DNA of 60,973 bases from NCBI GenBank assembly GCA_048882385.1, contig JBHLRQ010000006.1:1-60973 (forward strand). The letters run 5' to 3'. The stretch is from Candidatus Thorarchaeota archaeon. Lineage in GTDB: Archaea > Asgardarchaeota > Thorarchaeia > Thorarchaeales > Thorarchaeaceae. The notes beneath the pieces were generated by a model that was not told where the DNA came from, did no database searches, and saw nothing but the letters and a program-made list of their open reading frames with translations. Positions 1 through 10,100 of this stretch are shown one piece after another. The first letter of the stretch is position 1, and each line of letters begins with the position of its first letter. The translations under genes were made by a program, and so were the position numbers.

Positions 1-1712
1 CATTAGGGATGGCCAATGAAATAATTCAAAGAAATCTATACGACCACGAGTTTGTTGCAAACCATGTTCATGGTTTCGAAGAGTACAAAGCACGAGTTTC
101 TGAGTATGACACAAAGCGAGTAAGTGAGATAACATGGGTCAAGGAGAGTATGATTCGTGAGCTGGCTAGAGTTTTCGCAACTCATGGACCTGCTTTGATA
201 ACAACAGCACCAGCTGGGATGAATCATTACACAAACGGAACCTGGGCAGCTAGAGCAGTTCATAGTCTTCTTGCCATCTGTGGATATCTTGGAGTGTCTG
301 GCGGAGGATTCCAGTATTTATCTTCAGACAATAGCCCATTCAATGGAGCTGCAGTTGCACTCCCGGAGCTTCTTGACACCTCGGTGAAACCAGTTGTTCC
401 TTCTGGTACATATATTCCAGATTATGTTCTAAGTCAAGAGGAAAGCCCGATCAAGGTCTTTGTCATTCAGGCCGCTAGTCCTATGACACAATGGCCAAAC
501 ACAAGCAAAGTCAAGGATGCACTGGAAAAAATACCCTTCAAAGTATGCATCGACCTTGAGATGACAGACACAGCAAGACTTTGTGACATAGTGCTTCCAG
601 CGACATTCATCTTTGAACATCACAACTTGGTTCACTCTGAATTACATAGAATTGTTCAATATGCACCAAAACTTGTTGAACCCATTGGCGAAGTCAAAAG
701 TGAATTGAATATCTGGAAGGGAGTGGCTGAACGGCTTGGGATTGGAGAACATTTTCAATTGACTGAGCTTGACGCTATCAGACTAGCACTTCAGAGCGAG
801 GACTGCAAAGATATCACTCTTGATAAGCTCATAGAGAAACCTGAAGGAATACGAACAAGAAGTCATGGCATTCCTTTCTCGGATCGAAAATTCAAGACCA
901 AAACTGGACGAGTACATCTTTATGCATCAGAATTGGAAGATGACGGATTGGACCCCTTGCCTTTCCACGAGGAACCATTGGAAAGCCCAGTTTCAACACC
1001 ATGGATTTTTGATGAATTTCCGTTGATTATGATCACTGGAAGACTTCGAGAGCGACTACACTCGCAGTACACTACATTGGAAGTAGGTGGCACCGTAAAG
1101 AGCTATGCGCATTGTACTACTTGCAAGAAATGTGTAGAAGATTGCCCCGATGAGGCGATCACACTAACTCAGCCTAGCATAAGCCTTATACAGCAGGATG
1201 CAAAACAAGCACCTCAAAAACCCGCTATACTTAGGAAAAAGCTCGGAGAAATTGTTGCTGGATTAGCACTACAAATGACAGATGAGAAGCTCGATATCCC
1301 AGCTTCAATAACAGGTCTGCTTGTTCCAGTTTGGGATTCGACTAAATGCATAGGCTGTCGAGAATGTGCAATTGATGTCTGTCCTTATGATGTGGTTACT
1401 GAACCAATTAAAATGTCCACAAAGAAAGAAGCAGGAAACCATAGGGCGTTCCTTTGGATGCATCCATCAAAGGCAGAAGAGCTTGGTTTGTGCGATGGGG
1501 ACAGAGTAGATGTTGAATCAAAAAGAGGGGTGGTTAAGACCATGAAACTCATCCTGACTCAGGACATAGACTCAAAAGTAGTTTGGTCATCGGACGGTTG
1601 GTGGCAGGATGATGGCAACATCAACCTCTTGACTAAAGACTCACACACAGCCTTTGGTCATACACCAGGTTTCAACTCAGTTCTTGTTCGAGTGAAACGG
1701 TCCAACATCTAG
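1..1712 (+). CDS. Molybdopterin-dependent oxidoreductase (DMSO reductase superfamily), 5'-truncated by the window edge, with an inserted 2[4Fe-4S] ferredoxin
   Basis: Motifs GMANEII..LYD.EFV, DLEMTDTARLCDIVLPA, ITGR...HSQY and MHPSKAEELGL.DGD.V.VES.RG (Molydop_binding). CTTCKKCVEDCP and CIGCRECAIDVCP lie between the last two. N-terminal part is missing. Confidence 0.88.
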   Translation, partial: LGMANEIIQRNLYDHEFVANHVHGFEEYKARVSEYDTKRVSEITWVKESMIRELARVFATHGPALITTAPAGMNHYTNGTWAARAVHSLLAICGYLGVSGGGFQYLSSDNSPFNGAAVALPELLDTSVKPVVPSGTYIPDYVLSQEESPIKVFVIQAASPMTQWPNTSKVKDALEKIPFKVCIDLEMTDTARLCDIVLPATFIFEHHNLVHSELHRIVQYAPKLVEPIGEVKSELNIWKGVAERLGIGEHFQLTELDAIRLALQSEDCKDITLDKLIEKPEGIRTRSHGIPFSDRKFKTKTGRVHLYASELEDDGLDPLPFHEEPLESPVSTPWIFDEFPLIMITGRLRERLHSQYTTLEVGGTVKSYAHCTTCKKCVEDCPDEAITLTQPSISLIQQDAKQAPQKPAILRKKLGEIVAGLALQMTDEKLDIPASITGLLVPVWDSTKCIGCRECAIDVCPYDVVTEPIKMSTKKEAGNHRAFLWMHPSKAEELGLCDGDRVDVESKRGVVKTMKLILTQDIDSKVVWSSDGWWQDDGNINLLTKDSHTAFGHTPGFNSVLVRVKRSNI

Positions 1713-2197
1713 AATGCTTTGTGGTCCGGTGATGGTGGCCAGAAACCTAAAGCTTGACGAGTAGCAACAATCTCGCCTAGGTGATAGGCATTATGCTGTC
1801 CGAGTATCATCAAACCTCTGAAAGCAGGAACTTTAGGCCATGAAGATAAATCATCCTGTGACTCAATTTCCTCTGTCATTTTATACGCTTCTTCAAGTCC
1901 AGTCTTGAAACGTTCAACAAGTTCAGTCCAGTCCTTTGCATCCTTTGAAAGCTTATTTGGCCAACTTAGTTTGTTGTTGTTTGGCCACTTGACATCTTTA
2001 TTGCCGCTTAGTGCTTCAAGCATCAAGTCTTGCCAGTAGACGATATGATGCAGTATGTGCCAACATGAATGTTCACTTTTCGCAGGTAACGCTGAGGCTA
2101 ACTCTGGTGTGAGATTCTCCAAGGACGTCATAGGATCAACGTGAATATGTTTCCCAGTTACAGAATTCTTTAGAGCTGCAGTTAATGTTCCGAGCAT
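1709..2197 (-). CDS. DinB/YfiT-like four-helix bundle protein
   Basis: HSCWHILHHIVYWQ and QHNAYHLGEI His motifs. Confidence 0.8.
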   Translation of the reverse strand: MLGTLTAALKNSVTGKHIHVDPMTSLENLTPELASALPAKSEHSCWHILHHIVYWQDLMLEALSGNKDVKWPNNNKLSWPNKLSKDAKDWTELVERFKTGLEEAYKMTEEIESQDDLSSWPKVPAFRGLMILGQHNAYHLGEIVATRQALGFWPPSPDHKAF

Positions 2198-2254
2198 GTA
2201 TCAGAATTAGTTATGATTCCCAAATGAATGTAATCATAGAAGTATTGAATGGAG

Positions 2255-2794
2255 TCAATCATAATACTCAACGCTATCATGAATTGAAATGGATTCCTCG
2301 GACTTATCCTTAGGTGACTCAGACAGATAGCTGCCAACTAGAGTAAAGACACCATCAAACCTAGATAATGATTCATTAGAAACATCATTCCCTTGTTCAT
2401 CTATCACCATCCAGCTTGATTTCTTGTCCACATTCTTGAATTGCCAGTTTTCAAGGCAAGCTTTTCTGAAAGTTGAAGCGGCAGAACCTTTGATCAGTAA
2501 TTCAACACCTTCAACATTATCCTTAACAGCACGGGTGAAGACTGTAGGGTCTCGATCTTCATATTTCCTAAGCATCCTACTTCGCGACATAAAATGACCA
2601 AAGATTTGGAATTGAGCTACAACAATGGCAATCAGAGAAATGATGAATGCTAGACCTATGAACACTGGAGGCATCAAAGTATATTGAGGTAAGATACCTA
2701 TCCAGGTGAGAATGTAAATCAATGGAATAGCGAGAAGAATAATGATTCCGTTTCTAATTGCTCTCTTCAATACTACCTTGTCCTCCATTGCCAT
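2255..2794 (-). CDS. Hypothetical membrane protein (2 N-terminal TM helices, soluble C-terminal domain)
   Basis: 179-aa ORF with two hydrophobic segments; no recognised motif. Confidence 0.65.
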   Translation of the reverse strand: MAMEDKVVLKRAIRNGIIILLAIPLIYILTWIGILPQYTLMPPVFIGLAFIISLIAIVVAQFQIFGHFMSRSRMLRKYEDRDPTVFTRAVKDNVEGVELLIKGSAASTFRKACLENWQFKNVDKKSSWMVIDEQGNDVSNESLSRFDGVFTLVGSYLSESPKDKSEESISIHDSVEYYD

Positions 2795-2908
2795 TATGAA
2801 TTGAAAGGATATAATCCTTGACAGATGGAATGGTCCAATGCATCATAGTGAAACCTATAACTCCAGAAACGATGATGGAATCAATCTTAGTAGATTGGTG
2901 TATCCACA

Positions 2909-3313
2909 ATGTCCTCAGGTAAACGAATTGCGTCTATGATCGTTGGCATGATTGTCATGGTTGGAGGATTCTTCGGTGGTTTCATGCAGTTCTTCCAAAT
3001 GGACGACTTCAATGTAGCATCGATTTTGTTATACATGATGGTAGTCCCAATGGTCAGTGTCCTGATTGGGGCAGGCATTATACTATATGGTATGAAAGAC
3101 GACATGGCAGTTGGTGGAATAGGTATGTTCGGAATGATGAGGACTAGGAGAGCTGAAGCACCCAAAGAAAAATCGTACATTCATGAGCCACCACGTTTTT
3201 GTAAAGACTGTGGAGCTTCACTTAGTTCTGAGGAGATTGAATGGGTTGGACCACTCAGTGTGAGATGTCCATATTGTGGAGCCACACATGCAACAGAAAA
3301 ACGTGAAGTATAG
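2909..3313 (+). CDS. 2-TM membrane protein with C-terminal zinc ribbon
   Basis: Two TM segments followed by CKDCG...CPYCG. Confidence 0.75.
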   Translation: MSSGKRIASMIVGMIVMVGGFFGGFMQFFQMDDFNVASILLYMMVVPMVSVLIGAGIILYGMKDDMAVGGIGMFGMMRTRRAEAPKEKSYIHEPPRFCKDCGASLSSEEIEWVGPLSVRCPYCGATHATEKREV

Positions 3314-3411
3314 GAATGGTTTTCAAATCGCAGCTTAAATGACATAGAAAGTACTTAGTCCGGAAGCTATTTGACCACAATTGTTTGTGGCGATGAATGA
3401 GGTATCACCCT

Positions 3412-4476
3412 ATGGACCAACGAGTTATTGAGCATGCTAAAATTCTAGTTGGATGGAGTACTGAAGTGAAACCTGGAGATCAGGTTGTAATACTTGCCAC
3501 ACCAGATGCTCATGAACTAGTTGTGGCACTCTATAATGAAATTGCCAAGGCTGGTGGAAGAGTTGTTACTCTGATGCAGAGTGATGAAGCACTGAAAGCA
3601 TTCTACGACGGAGCAACAGATGACACCATAAAATTGGTTCCTGAGCATTTGAAAGCAATTACTGAGAAATGTGATGTTTACATTTCTCTTCGCTCACCGG
3701 CCAATACAAAGGCATTGGCAAATGTACCTACAAGGCAAATCATGATGAACTCTAAGACCCAACAAGAGATTCAAGACATTAGATTAAGCAAGCGATGGGC
3801 TTTGACTGTTCATCCATGCTTGGGTTTGGCTCAACAGGCAAATATGAGTCTGGAGGAGTATCGTGAATTTGTGTATGGGGCAACTCTAATCGATTGGGAG
3901 AAAGAGAGTAAACTAATCTACAAAATGAAGGAACATCTTGAGTCCCATAATGACATTCGATTCATCGGTCCTGAAACAGATCTCTTTGCTTCAACAGAAG
4001 GAAGAATCTGGGTTGCAAGCGATGGTAAGCACAATATGCCTAGTGGAGAGGTATTTACTGCGCCAGTAGAAGACACTGTTGAAGGTAAGATTTACTTCGA
4101 CATTCCTTTCCTTCGGCAGGGAAAGGTAATTGAAGGAGTGCGACTGACATTTGAGAAGGGAGAGGTTGTTGACTTTTCAGCAGAGAAAGAAGAGACAACT
4201 CTCAAAGAAATAATAGAGATTGATGATGGTTCGCGTAGACTTGGGGAGATGGCAATTGGTACCAATAGGGGAATTAAACAGTACACACTGAACATGCTAT
4301 TCGACGAAAAAATTGGAGATACAATTCACTGCGCCCTTGGTCGAGCCTATAAAGACAACAATGGTACAAACGAATCTGCTGTGCATGTGGACATGATCAA
4401 GACGATGCACGAAGGAGAGATCTTTGCTGGTGAAGAGTTGATCTATAGTAAAGGCAAATATTTCTATGAAAAGTAA
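3412..4476 (+). CDS. Aminopeptidase, M29 family (AmpS/AmpT-like)
   Basis: NMPSGEVFTAP, RRLGEMAIG, LFDEKIGDTIHCALG, SAVHVDMI. ATG 3412 follows GAGGT (ORF track start 3397). Confidence 0.92.
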   Translation: MDQRVIEHAKILVGWSTEVKPGDQVVILATPDAHELVVALYNEIAKAGGRVVTLMQSDEALKAFYDGATDDTIKLVPEHLKAITEKCDVYISLRSPANTKALANVPTRQIMMNSKTQQEIQDIRLSKRWALTVHPCLGLAQQANMSLEEYREFVYGATLIDWEKESKLIYKMKEHLESHNDIRFIGPETDLFASTEGRIWVASDGKHNMPSGEVFTAPVEDTVEGKIYFDIPFLRQGKVIEGVRLTFEKGEVVDFSAEKEETTLKEIIEIDDGSRRLGEMAIGTNRGIKQYTLNMLFDEKIGDTIHCALGRAYKDNNGTNESAVHVDMIKTMHEGEIFAGEELIYSKGKYFYEK

Positions 4477-4498
4477 AATGGATGAGTTGTAGACTGTG

Positions 4499-4837
4499 TC
4501 ACTTCATTAGTGCTTGGAGTTTCATCAAATCGTTCATTGGTCCGGAGGCCTTTACTTTACCACTCATGAATGCGCGAGTAGGACTTTGTGTTCCATCAAT
4601 GATTGCCATAATGACCTCTGTAGTTGTGGTGATTTTGAGTTCAGCAGTTTCAATAACACCGTCCATTATTGAAGCAACACCATCTTGGAATACAATATAA
4701 CAGTCCAATTTAGGATTGTCTTTGAATGAAAGTTGGAGTGTCTTGTTGTATTTTGCAAATCGTTTCTTATTCTGTGGAAGTTCAACCTTTGCAATCATCT
4801 TCTCCAATGATAAATGAAGTTCATCTTTAGCTGACAA
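4499..4837 (-). CDS. SCP2 sterol/lipid-binding domain protein
   Basis: C-terminal SPTRAFMSGKVKASGPMNDLMKL is typical of SCP2. Confidence 0.82.
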   Translation of the reverse strand: MSAKDELHLSLEKMIAKVELPQNKKRFAKYNKTLQLSFKDNPKLDCYIVFQDGVASIMDGVIETAELKITTTTEVIMAIIDGTQSPTRAFMSGKVKASGPMNDLMKLQALMK

Positions 4838-5001
4838 AGACTCACATCCAATTCTGCATAATTAAGATATGCACACTATTGTTTCCGAGAAAAATAGAAT
4901 GAGAACTTAAATTATCTGGCTATTTAGTCGATAGTGCGTTATCTTCTTATCATACCAAGAATCATAATCTCCAACGCATCTAAACGGATGACTGCGGCAA
5001 A

Positions 5002-5916
5002 ATGGACTCGATTGACCATAAACTTGTAGATCTTCTGGCTATTAATTGCAGAATGAGTCTTCAACAACTTTCCAAAAAAACAGGTGTGTCAGCTCATGAA
5101 GTAAATAGGCGAATTGAAGCCTTGCTGAAAACTGGATTGATACGGAGTTTCAAAGTACTGTTGAGCCCATTGCTGACGAATGAGGAACTCTCAATTGCAA
5201 TTCTCGAGTTTGATAGAGTCCCTAAAGAGAAAGATCTGCTAATAGCACTTGAGAAAAATCAATCAGTTTGGAGAGTCCACAGGTCTCTAGAAGACAAGTA
5301 TGTAATATTCAGCGTATATTTTGACCAAGACGAACTCATGGATTTGTCTTTGACACTTCGAAAACTACCAGGAGTTGGTCATGTAGATCTATACTACCAT
5401 TTCATTCGTCACTGGGGCGGTAAGATTGAGCTTTCAGATATTCATAAGCAAATCCTGAGATGTCTGGCCAAAGACGCAAGAATGAGTATAGTAGACATAG
5501 CTAGAATAACTGGATTGGCATCCAAAACAGTAATCGATTCTATAAACCAATTGAGAGAAAGTGAAACAGTTCTCTTCACTATCAATGCATCAGACTACAT
5601 GAAAGAATCAAAAATTGAAGTCCTAGCAAGGGTTCAATGGCACGTTGGCAAAACTAGTCAGGAACATGTGTCAAAATGGCTAGAGGATTCATTTTCAAGT
5701 ATCTATCTTAGAGAATTTGTGTCAGCTACTGAACCAAATTTATTTTTCAATTTCGTAGTAAATCACGTCCAAGAAGTTGCATTGGTGAAGAATAGATCTA
5801 TTGAGTCTGGAATCATTACTGAGATGATTCCGCTGATTCTCTTTCCAGGAACTAGATTTATAGATCCACGCATTCGAAAACTTGACGAAATGCTAACTGA
5901 AACTGGTTTTAGTTAG
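5002..5916 (+). CDS. Lrp/AsnC-family regulator with two tandem HTH-RAM units
   Basis: MDSIDHKLV..L..NCRMS, and a second unit LSDIHKQILRCLAKDARMSIVDIA. Confidence 0.85.
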   Translation: MDSIDHKLVDLLAINCRMSLQQLSKKTGVSAHEVNRRIEALLKTGLIRSFKVLLSPLLTNEELSIAILEFDRVPKEKDLLIALEKNQSVWRVHRSLEDKYVIFSVYFDQDELMDLSLTLRKLPGVGHVDLYYHFIRHWGGKIELSDIHKQILRCLAKDARMSIVDIARITGLASKTVIDSINQLRESETVLFTINASDYMKESKIEVLARVQWHVGKTSQEHVSKWLEDSFSSIYLREFVSATEPNLFFNFVVNHVQEVALVKNRSIESGIITEMIPLILFPGTRFIDPRIRKLDEMLTETGFS

Positions 5917-5932
5917 AAGAAGATTGAGATGG

Positions 5933-5961
5933 TGAAGTGGCAGGAGTAGTCCGCCACTTCA
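5933..5961. terminator. GC-rich hairpin between convergent genes (terminator-like)
   Basis: TGAAGTGGC-A-GGA-GTAG-TCC-GCCACTTCA; a pyrimidine-rich tract follows on the minus strand. Confidence 0.5.
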
Positions 5962-6119
5962 GTGTACTACAAAGACGCATCGAGTCACTACCGACAATTC
6001 GGGAGATTGAACTCACTGTATTATTGTTAATTAGGAATATAATTCAAGCAGTTACTGATTCTATAGTAACTTACCAAATGGTAAGCAATGCATAGAATGG
6101 AGTGATGGGGATTAACCCA

Positions 6120-7649
6120 TCACTCCTGACTCGAAGTCACAACATGCTCTAGCTCATCAAGGAGATCATCAACAAGAGGTGTTTCTGTTTTTGACTCTCC
6201 GGTAACATCATCTACTGTCTTTTCAGTAGAGGCGACCTCACTCTTGATTACTGGTTTTTCCAAACTAAGTGCATAACGGATAATCAGTACACCCACTAGC
6301 GAAATTCCCGCACAGATAAGTAGAGTTGTTGGGAATCCGATAACAGGAATAACCCAACCTAGAATCGCGATTTGAGGTGTTGCTAGCAACAGAAGTATCG
6401 TAGGTTGCAGAGAGTAAATTGAGTTCCGATTACGATCGGGGATAGCATCAAGTAACTCTCGCTGTGTCAATATCTCAGCAAATCCTCCAAAGAACATTGT
6501 CACTGTGAAGATAGAAAATAGTAGGACAATAGGAATTACATGTTGAATTGGAAGCTCAATGAGTACAATCGAAGTAAATGGCCAAGTCAGTGTCACTATT
6601 TCAGTTGCAAATTCAATCGGGGGAAAGAAGTACATTAGCGCTGCTAGCATAATAAAAAATACAAATCCACAGGCTTGAAGAAGTCTGAACCGGGGAATCC
6701 ATCGTCTAGGTTCATACTTTTGGCTCCAGATTCCTGAACGCTCATTTGCCGCCACTCCTGGAATGAATGCCATTGTTCGATATGAAGCAACAGCTACATC
6801 AGTTATTAAATAGCTGAAATAAAGAGGGAACAAAATCAACTGCCCCCAAACTGAGATTGTACTAGCACATAGCATAGAACCAATAACGAGATACTTGACA
6901 AAGGGAGTACGCCATAGATAAACTACTCCTTCTTTCAACAATGCCGTGTACTGACTCATAGAGGGACGTTCTTCTCTCAATGCTTCGACTTCAGGAAAGT
7001 CACGAATGTATCGCATGACTAACATTGCAAAGAATACAGCACCCACCGCTTCTAGTTGGAACACGAATGGTCTGTTGAACACTGTTGCGAGAATGCTTCC
7101 TGGAATCAAAGCTGCTGTTGCAGCGATTTGAGAGATCATTCCCATCCTTCCCCAAAAGACACCATACTGCTTCCTCTCGGTATCCTGGGGCATAGCTACT
7201 CGATAATTATTATCAAACCAAGCTCCCCAAGCTCCGCTGATCTGGGATTGAGCAATACCTTGAATCATGAAAATAGCTACGAGATAGATGAAGGGAGTTG
7301 TTGGTGTCACGTATGAAACCATGAAAAACACGAGGCCATAGAGACTGTTTCCAATTGCTATTACATACCTCTGACCAACGGCATCACCAAGAGCTCCACT
7401 AGGGTAATCGAGGATTGTCTGAGTTATCATTTCAATTGCTACAAGAACTCCAAGGAGTCCCAGTCCCTCAATGAATCCTCCAGATCCACCAAGAGCTTCA
7501 GCTACGAAAATTGTATAGAATGTTGAACTAAGTGTAAAGATGATGTTTGCTGTAGGTAGAAGAATCATCAGAACTCTACCCAGATGAAGGGCTTTCTTGT
7601 CTTCTTCAGAAAACCCCATGAAACTTGATGTTCTACTCATCGGTGCCAA
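6120..7649 (-). CDS. MFS transporter
   Basis: DYPSGALGDAVGQR (MFS motif A), about 12 TM. Confidence 0.88.
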   Translation of the reverse strand: MAPMSRTSSFMGFSEEDKKALHLGRVLMILLPTANIIFTLSSTFYTIFVAEALGGSGGFIEGLGLLGVLVAIEMITQTILDYPSGALGDAVGQRYVIAIGNSLYGLVFFMVSYVTPTTPFIYLVAIFMIQGIAQSQISGAWGAWFDNNYRVAMPQDTERKQYGVFWGRMGMISQIAATAALIPGSILATVFNRPFVFQLEAVGAVFFAMLVMRYIRDFPEVEALREERPSMSQYTALLKEGVVYLWRTPFVKYLVIGSMLCASTISVWGQLILFPLYFSYLITDVAVASYRTMAFIPGVAANERSGIWSQKYEPRRWIPRFRLLQACGFVFFIMLAALMYFFPPIEFATEIVTLTWPFTSIVLIELPIQHVIPIVLLFSIFTVTMFFGGFAEILTQRELLDAIPDRNRNSIYSLQPTILLLLATPQIAILGWVIPVIGFPTTLLICAGISLVGVLIIRYALSLEKPVIKSEVASTEKTVDDVTGESKTETPLVDDLLDELEHVVTSSQE

Positions 7650-7791
7650 TTCCTAACCTAAAATGAATAACAACTATGGCAACTACGTAAGATTTCACTA
7701 TATAATGGAAAGGCACTATTGAGGGTCGCGATAGGCGGTCGCAACTTGTTACTTTTTACTTAACGTCATGAAGGTTGATTTGTTGGAAAAT

Positions 7792-8412
7792 TCAATCCTT
7801 TCTTCTTCGAAATTTTGGGAAAATGGCACCGGTTTGATTTCTATATTGAATATAGGAATCCCCAAATCTCTTGACCAAGTCTTTCTCCTCATAATAGATT
7901 ATTGAGGGCACAACAAAGCTAAGAAATATGCAGGAAAAAATGAGGAGAAACAGTGAGTTCAGCCACAATGTTAGTACAATTGTCAGAGGAGTTCTTCCAA
8001 GAAGTTGGGGATGACGGATATAGTTGTAGATTCCACCATAGAGCTTTGTTTCACGAGTTGGCTCAAAAGATTCTCTACCAGCATCTTTCAGAGATTTTAC
8101 TAGGATTACTGAGAACGGAATCAATAGTAATGTTCCTATGAATTGTGGAATCCGAGGATCAGCATTTATGACCCAATTCAACTCTGGCACTGGAAACCAA
8201 TTCCATAGAACCATGCTGACCAAAAGGATGAATACAAAGAATCCTGCTATCTTTCTAAATCTCCTACAATCATCCCAGGCTTTCTCACCATGTACTTCAG
8301 CTCGAATAGTGGGCATGGCACTTTGAATATAGAAATACCAACTCAATAGGCTGGATAGAATGAGCGAAAGTAGATTGAACCATGCTAGATACACACTACA
8401 CACAGGAAACAC
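7792..8412 (-). CDS. ICMT/PEMT-family integral membrane methyltransferase
   Basis: GGIYNYIRHP and EEKDLVKRFGDSYIQY...TG.IFP; exact start uncertain. Confidence 0.85.
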   Translation of the reverse strand: MFPVCSVYLAWFNLLSLILSSLLSWYFYIQSAMPTIRAEVHGEKAWDDCRRFRKIAGFFVFILLVSMVLWNWFPVPELNWVINADPRIPQFIGTLLLIPFSVILVKSLKDAGRESFEPTRETKLYGGIYNYIRHPQLLGRTPLTIVLTLWLNSLFLLIFSCIFLSFVVPSIIYYEEKDLVKRFGDSYIQYRNQTGAIFPKFRRRKD

Positions 8413-8508
8413 AGCACCTTATTTCATATCAATATCCTGACCTTTTACATAGAGGTATCGGTTAAAGGATAGAAGGATTTTTGCTGAAGATAGACGATTA
8501 GGGGAGTT

Positions 8509-9255
8509 ATGGTCGATACGTTTGGTAAGATAATGCGAGATGCTGCTGAAGGAGAGGACTCCAGTTACATCATCGAAAGGGATGATGGTTTTATTCGACA
8601 TACGTCGGGCGATGCTTATGTCAAACAGTTTGAGGAATGGGGTGCACCTGAGCAAGAAGCTATGAAAGAAATCAAAGGGCCTGTCTTGGACGTAGGTTGC
8701 GGGGCTGGACGAGTCGGTGACTATGTGAAGAACCTAGGTCTTGAATACTATGGCCTAGACCTTTCACCATTAGCAGTGGATGTGTGCCGGAGAAAGGGTC
8801 ACAAGAATGTCTTTGTCATGTCTGCAGACAATATCCAATTAGATCGTCAGGACTTCAGGACGGTCGTTCTCTTTGGAAACAATTTTGGAATTATGGGGCA
8901 ACCTGAAGGTGTTGTGAAGATGCTTAAGGGATTTCATCAAATAACCACAGAGGATGCAGTGATCCTAGCAGGGTCATTGGATCCAATGAAAACTGACGAC
9001 GAGATGCACCTTGCATATCACGCTAAGAACATAGCTGAAGGGAACCCACCAGGACTTGTAAGGTTGAGAAATAGGTACAATGGGGAGGTGGATGATTGGT
9101 GGTATTTACTTCTTGCTGGTAAGGAGTTGATGTCTGAGCTAGCTGAAAAAGCTGGGTGGTATCTTGATCATATCGTGGGTGGTCCCACTATGCGGCGAGA
9201 ATTGGAAACTTACAATGTAGGAGTGTTGAAGAAGAAGAGGTCGTCAACAATATGA
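8509..9255 (+). CDS. Class I SAM-dependent methyltransferase
   Basis: VLDVGCGAGR, GLDLS, LFGNNFGI. Confidence 0.88.
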   Translation: MVDTFGKIMRDAAEGEDSSYIIERDDGFIRHTSGDAYVKQFEEWGAPEQEAMKEIKGPVLDVGCGAGRVGDYVKNLGLEYYGLDLSPLAVDVCRRKGHKNVFVMSADNIQLDRQDFRTVVLFGNNFGIMGQPEGVVKMLKGFHQITTEDAVILAGSLDPMKTDDEMHLAYHAKNIAEGNPPGLVRLRNRYNGEVDDWWYLLLAGKELMSELAEKAGWYLDHIVGGPTMRRELETYNVGVLKKKRSSTI

Positions 9256-9638
9256 AACTGATCAACATCGAAAGTGAAGCAAAGAAGAAGAGCAAAGCAC
9301 ACTATTCATCTGCAGTTGTACACAATGGCATTGTGTACGTATCTGGGCAATTGCCAATTAATCCTGAAACCGGACTTCCAGTCGAAGGTCCAATTGAGGT
9401 CCAAGCTCGAACAGCATTCCAGAATCTCCTAGATGTTCTTCTGGCTGCAGGAAGCTCAAAAGAAAAAGTCTTGCGGACAACTGCCTACATTTCTGATGTG
9501 TCATTGTGGAGTAAGGTCAATGACGTCTATGCAGAGTTCTTTGGAGATCATAAACCCGCGAGGACTATCGTTCCCAGTACGAACCTTCATTACGATTGTT
9601 TGATAGAGATTGATTCAGTTGCATTCGTGGAGGGGTGA
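9252..9638 (+). CDS. ridA: RidA/YjgF-family enamine deaminase
   Basis: HYS.AV...VYVSGQLP, N.VYAEFF...KPAR, IEID; 4-bp overlap with the upstream gene. Confidence 0.88.
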   Translation: MKLINIESEAKKKSKAHYSSAVVHNGIVYVSGQLPINPETGLPVEGPIEVQARTAFQNLLDVLLAAGSSKEKVLRTTAYISDVSLWSKVNDVYAEFFGDHKPARTIVPSTNLHYDCLIEIDSVAFVEG

Positions 9639-9641
9639 GAA

Positions 9642-10073
9642 ATGAAAGTTGCTATAATCTATGGTACGAATAGAAAGAAGGCTATGGTCAAAGTTGTGAA
9701 ATGGCTTGAGGAAACGGTCAAAGAAGATGGACACGAAGTTTCTGTAGGGAAACCTTCCGAGTTTGATTCAATTGACTATGATCTCATCATCATAGGCTCG
9801 TCAGTCTATATTGACACTGTTGTTGAGGAAATCACGAAATTTGTGGAGAAATACAGTGAAACTTTGAGAGGAAAGAAAGTTGCTACTTTCCTTGTCTGTA
9901 AAGAAACTACAAAACAAGAGGAGAATTTGGAGCAAATACTATGTTTACTAGTTGAAATGCCCATAAACAAGATGTTCATCGAAGGATACATGTTTAGAGA
10001 AGGTGATTTTGATCGCCAAGAGAACAAAGCTAAGGAGTGGGCAAAGGAGGTTCTCATTAGTGTTTCATCGTAA
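9642..10073 (+). CDS. Flavodoxin-like domain protein (HemG/Flavodoxin_5-like)
   Basis: MKVAIIYGT, YDLIIIGSSVY, KKVATFLVC. Confidence 0.75.
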   Translation: MKVAIIYGTNRKKAMVKVVKWLEETVKEDGHEVSVGKPSEFDSIDYDLIIIGSSVYIDTVVEEITKFVEKYSETLRGKKVATFLVCKETTKQEENLEQILCLLVEMPINKMFIEGYMFREGDFDRQENKAKEWAKEVLISVSS

Positions 10074-10100
10074 GTGTGTATCATTAGGTGGTTAGAAATA

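Noticed and set aside
5995-6020. tRNA fragment or C/D-box sRNA (GAGTTCAATCTC on the minus strand)
   Set aside because: The T-loop-like segment is 6 nt rather than 7, there is no cloverleaf, and the C/D boxes are poor with wrong spacing.
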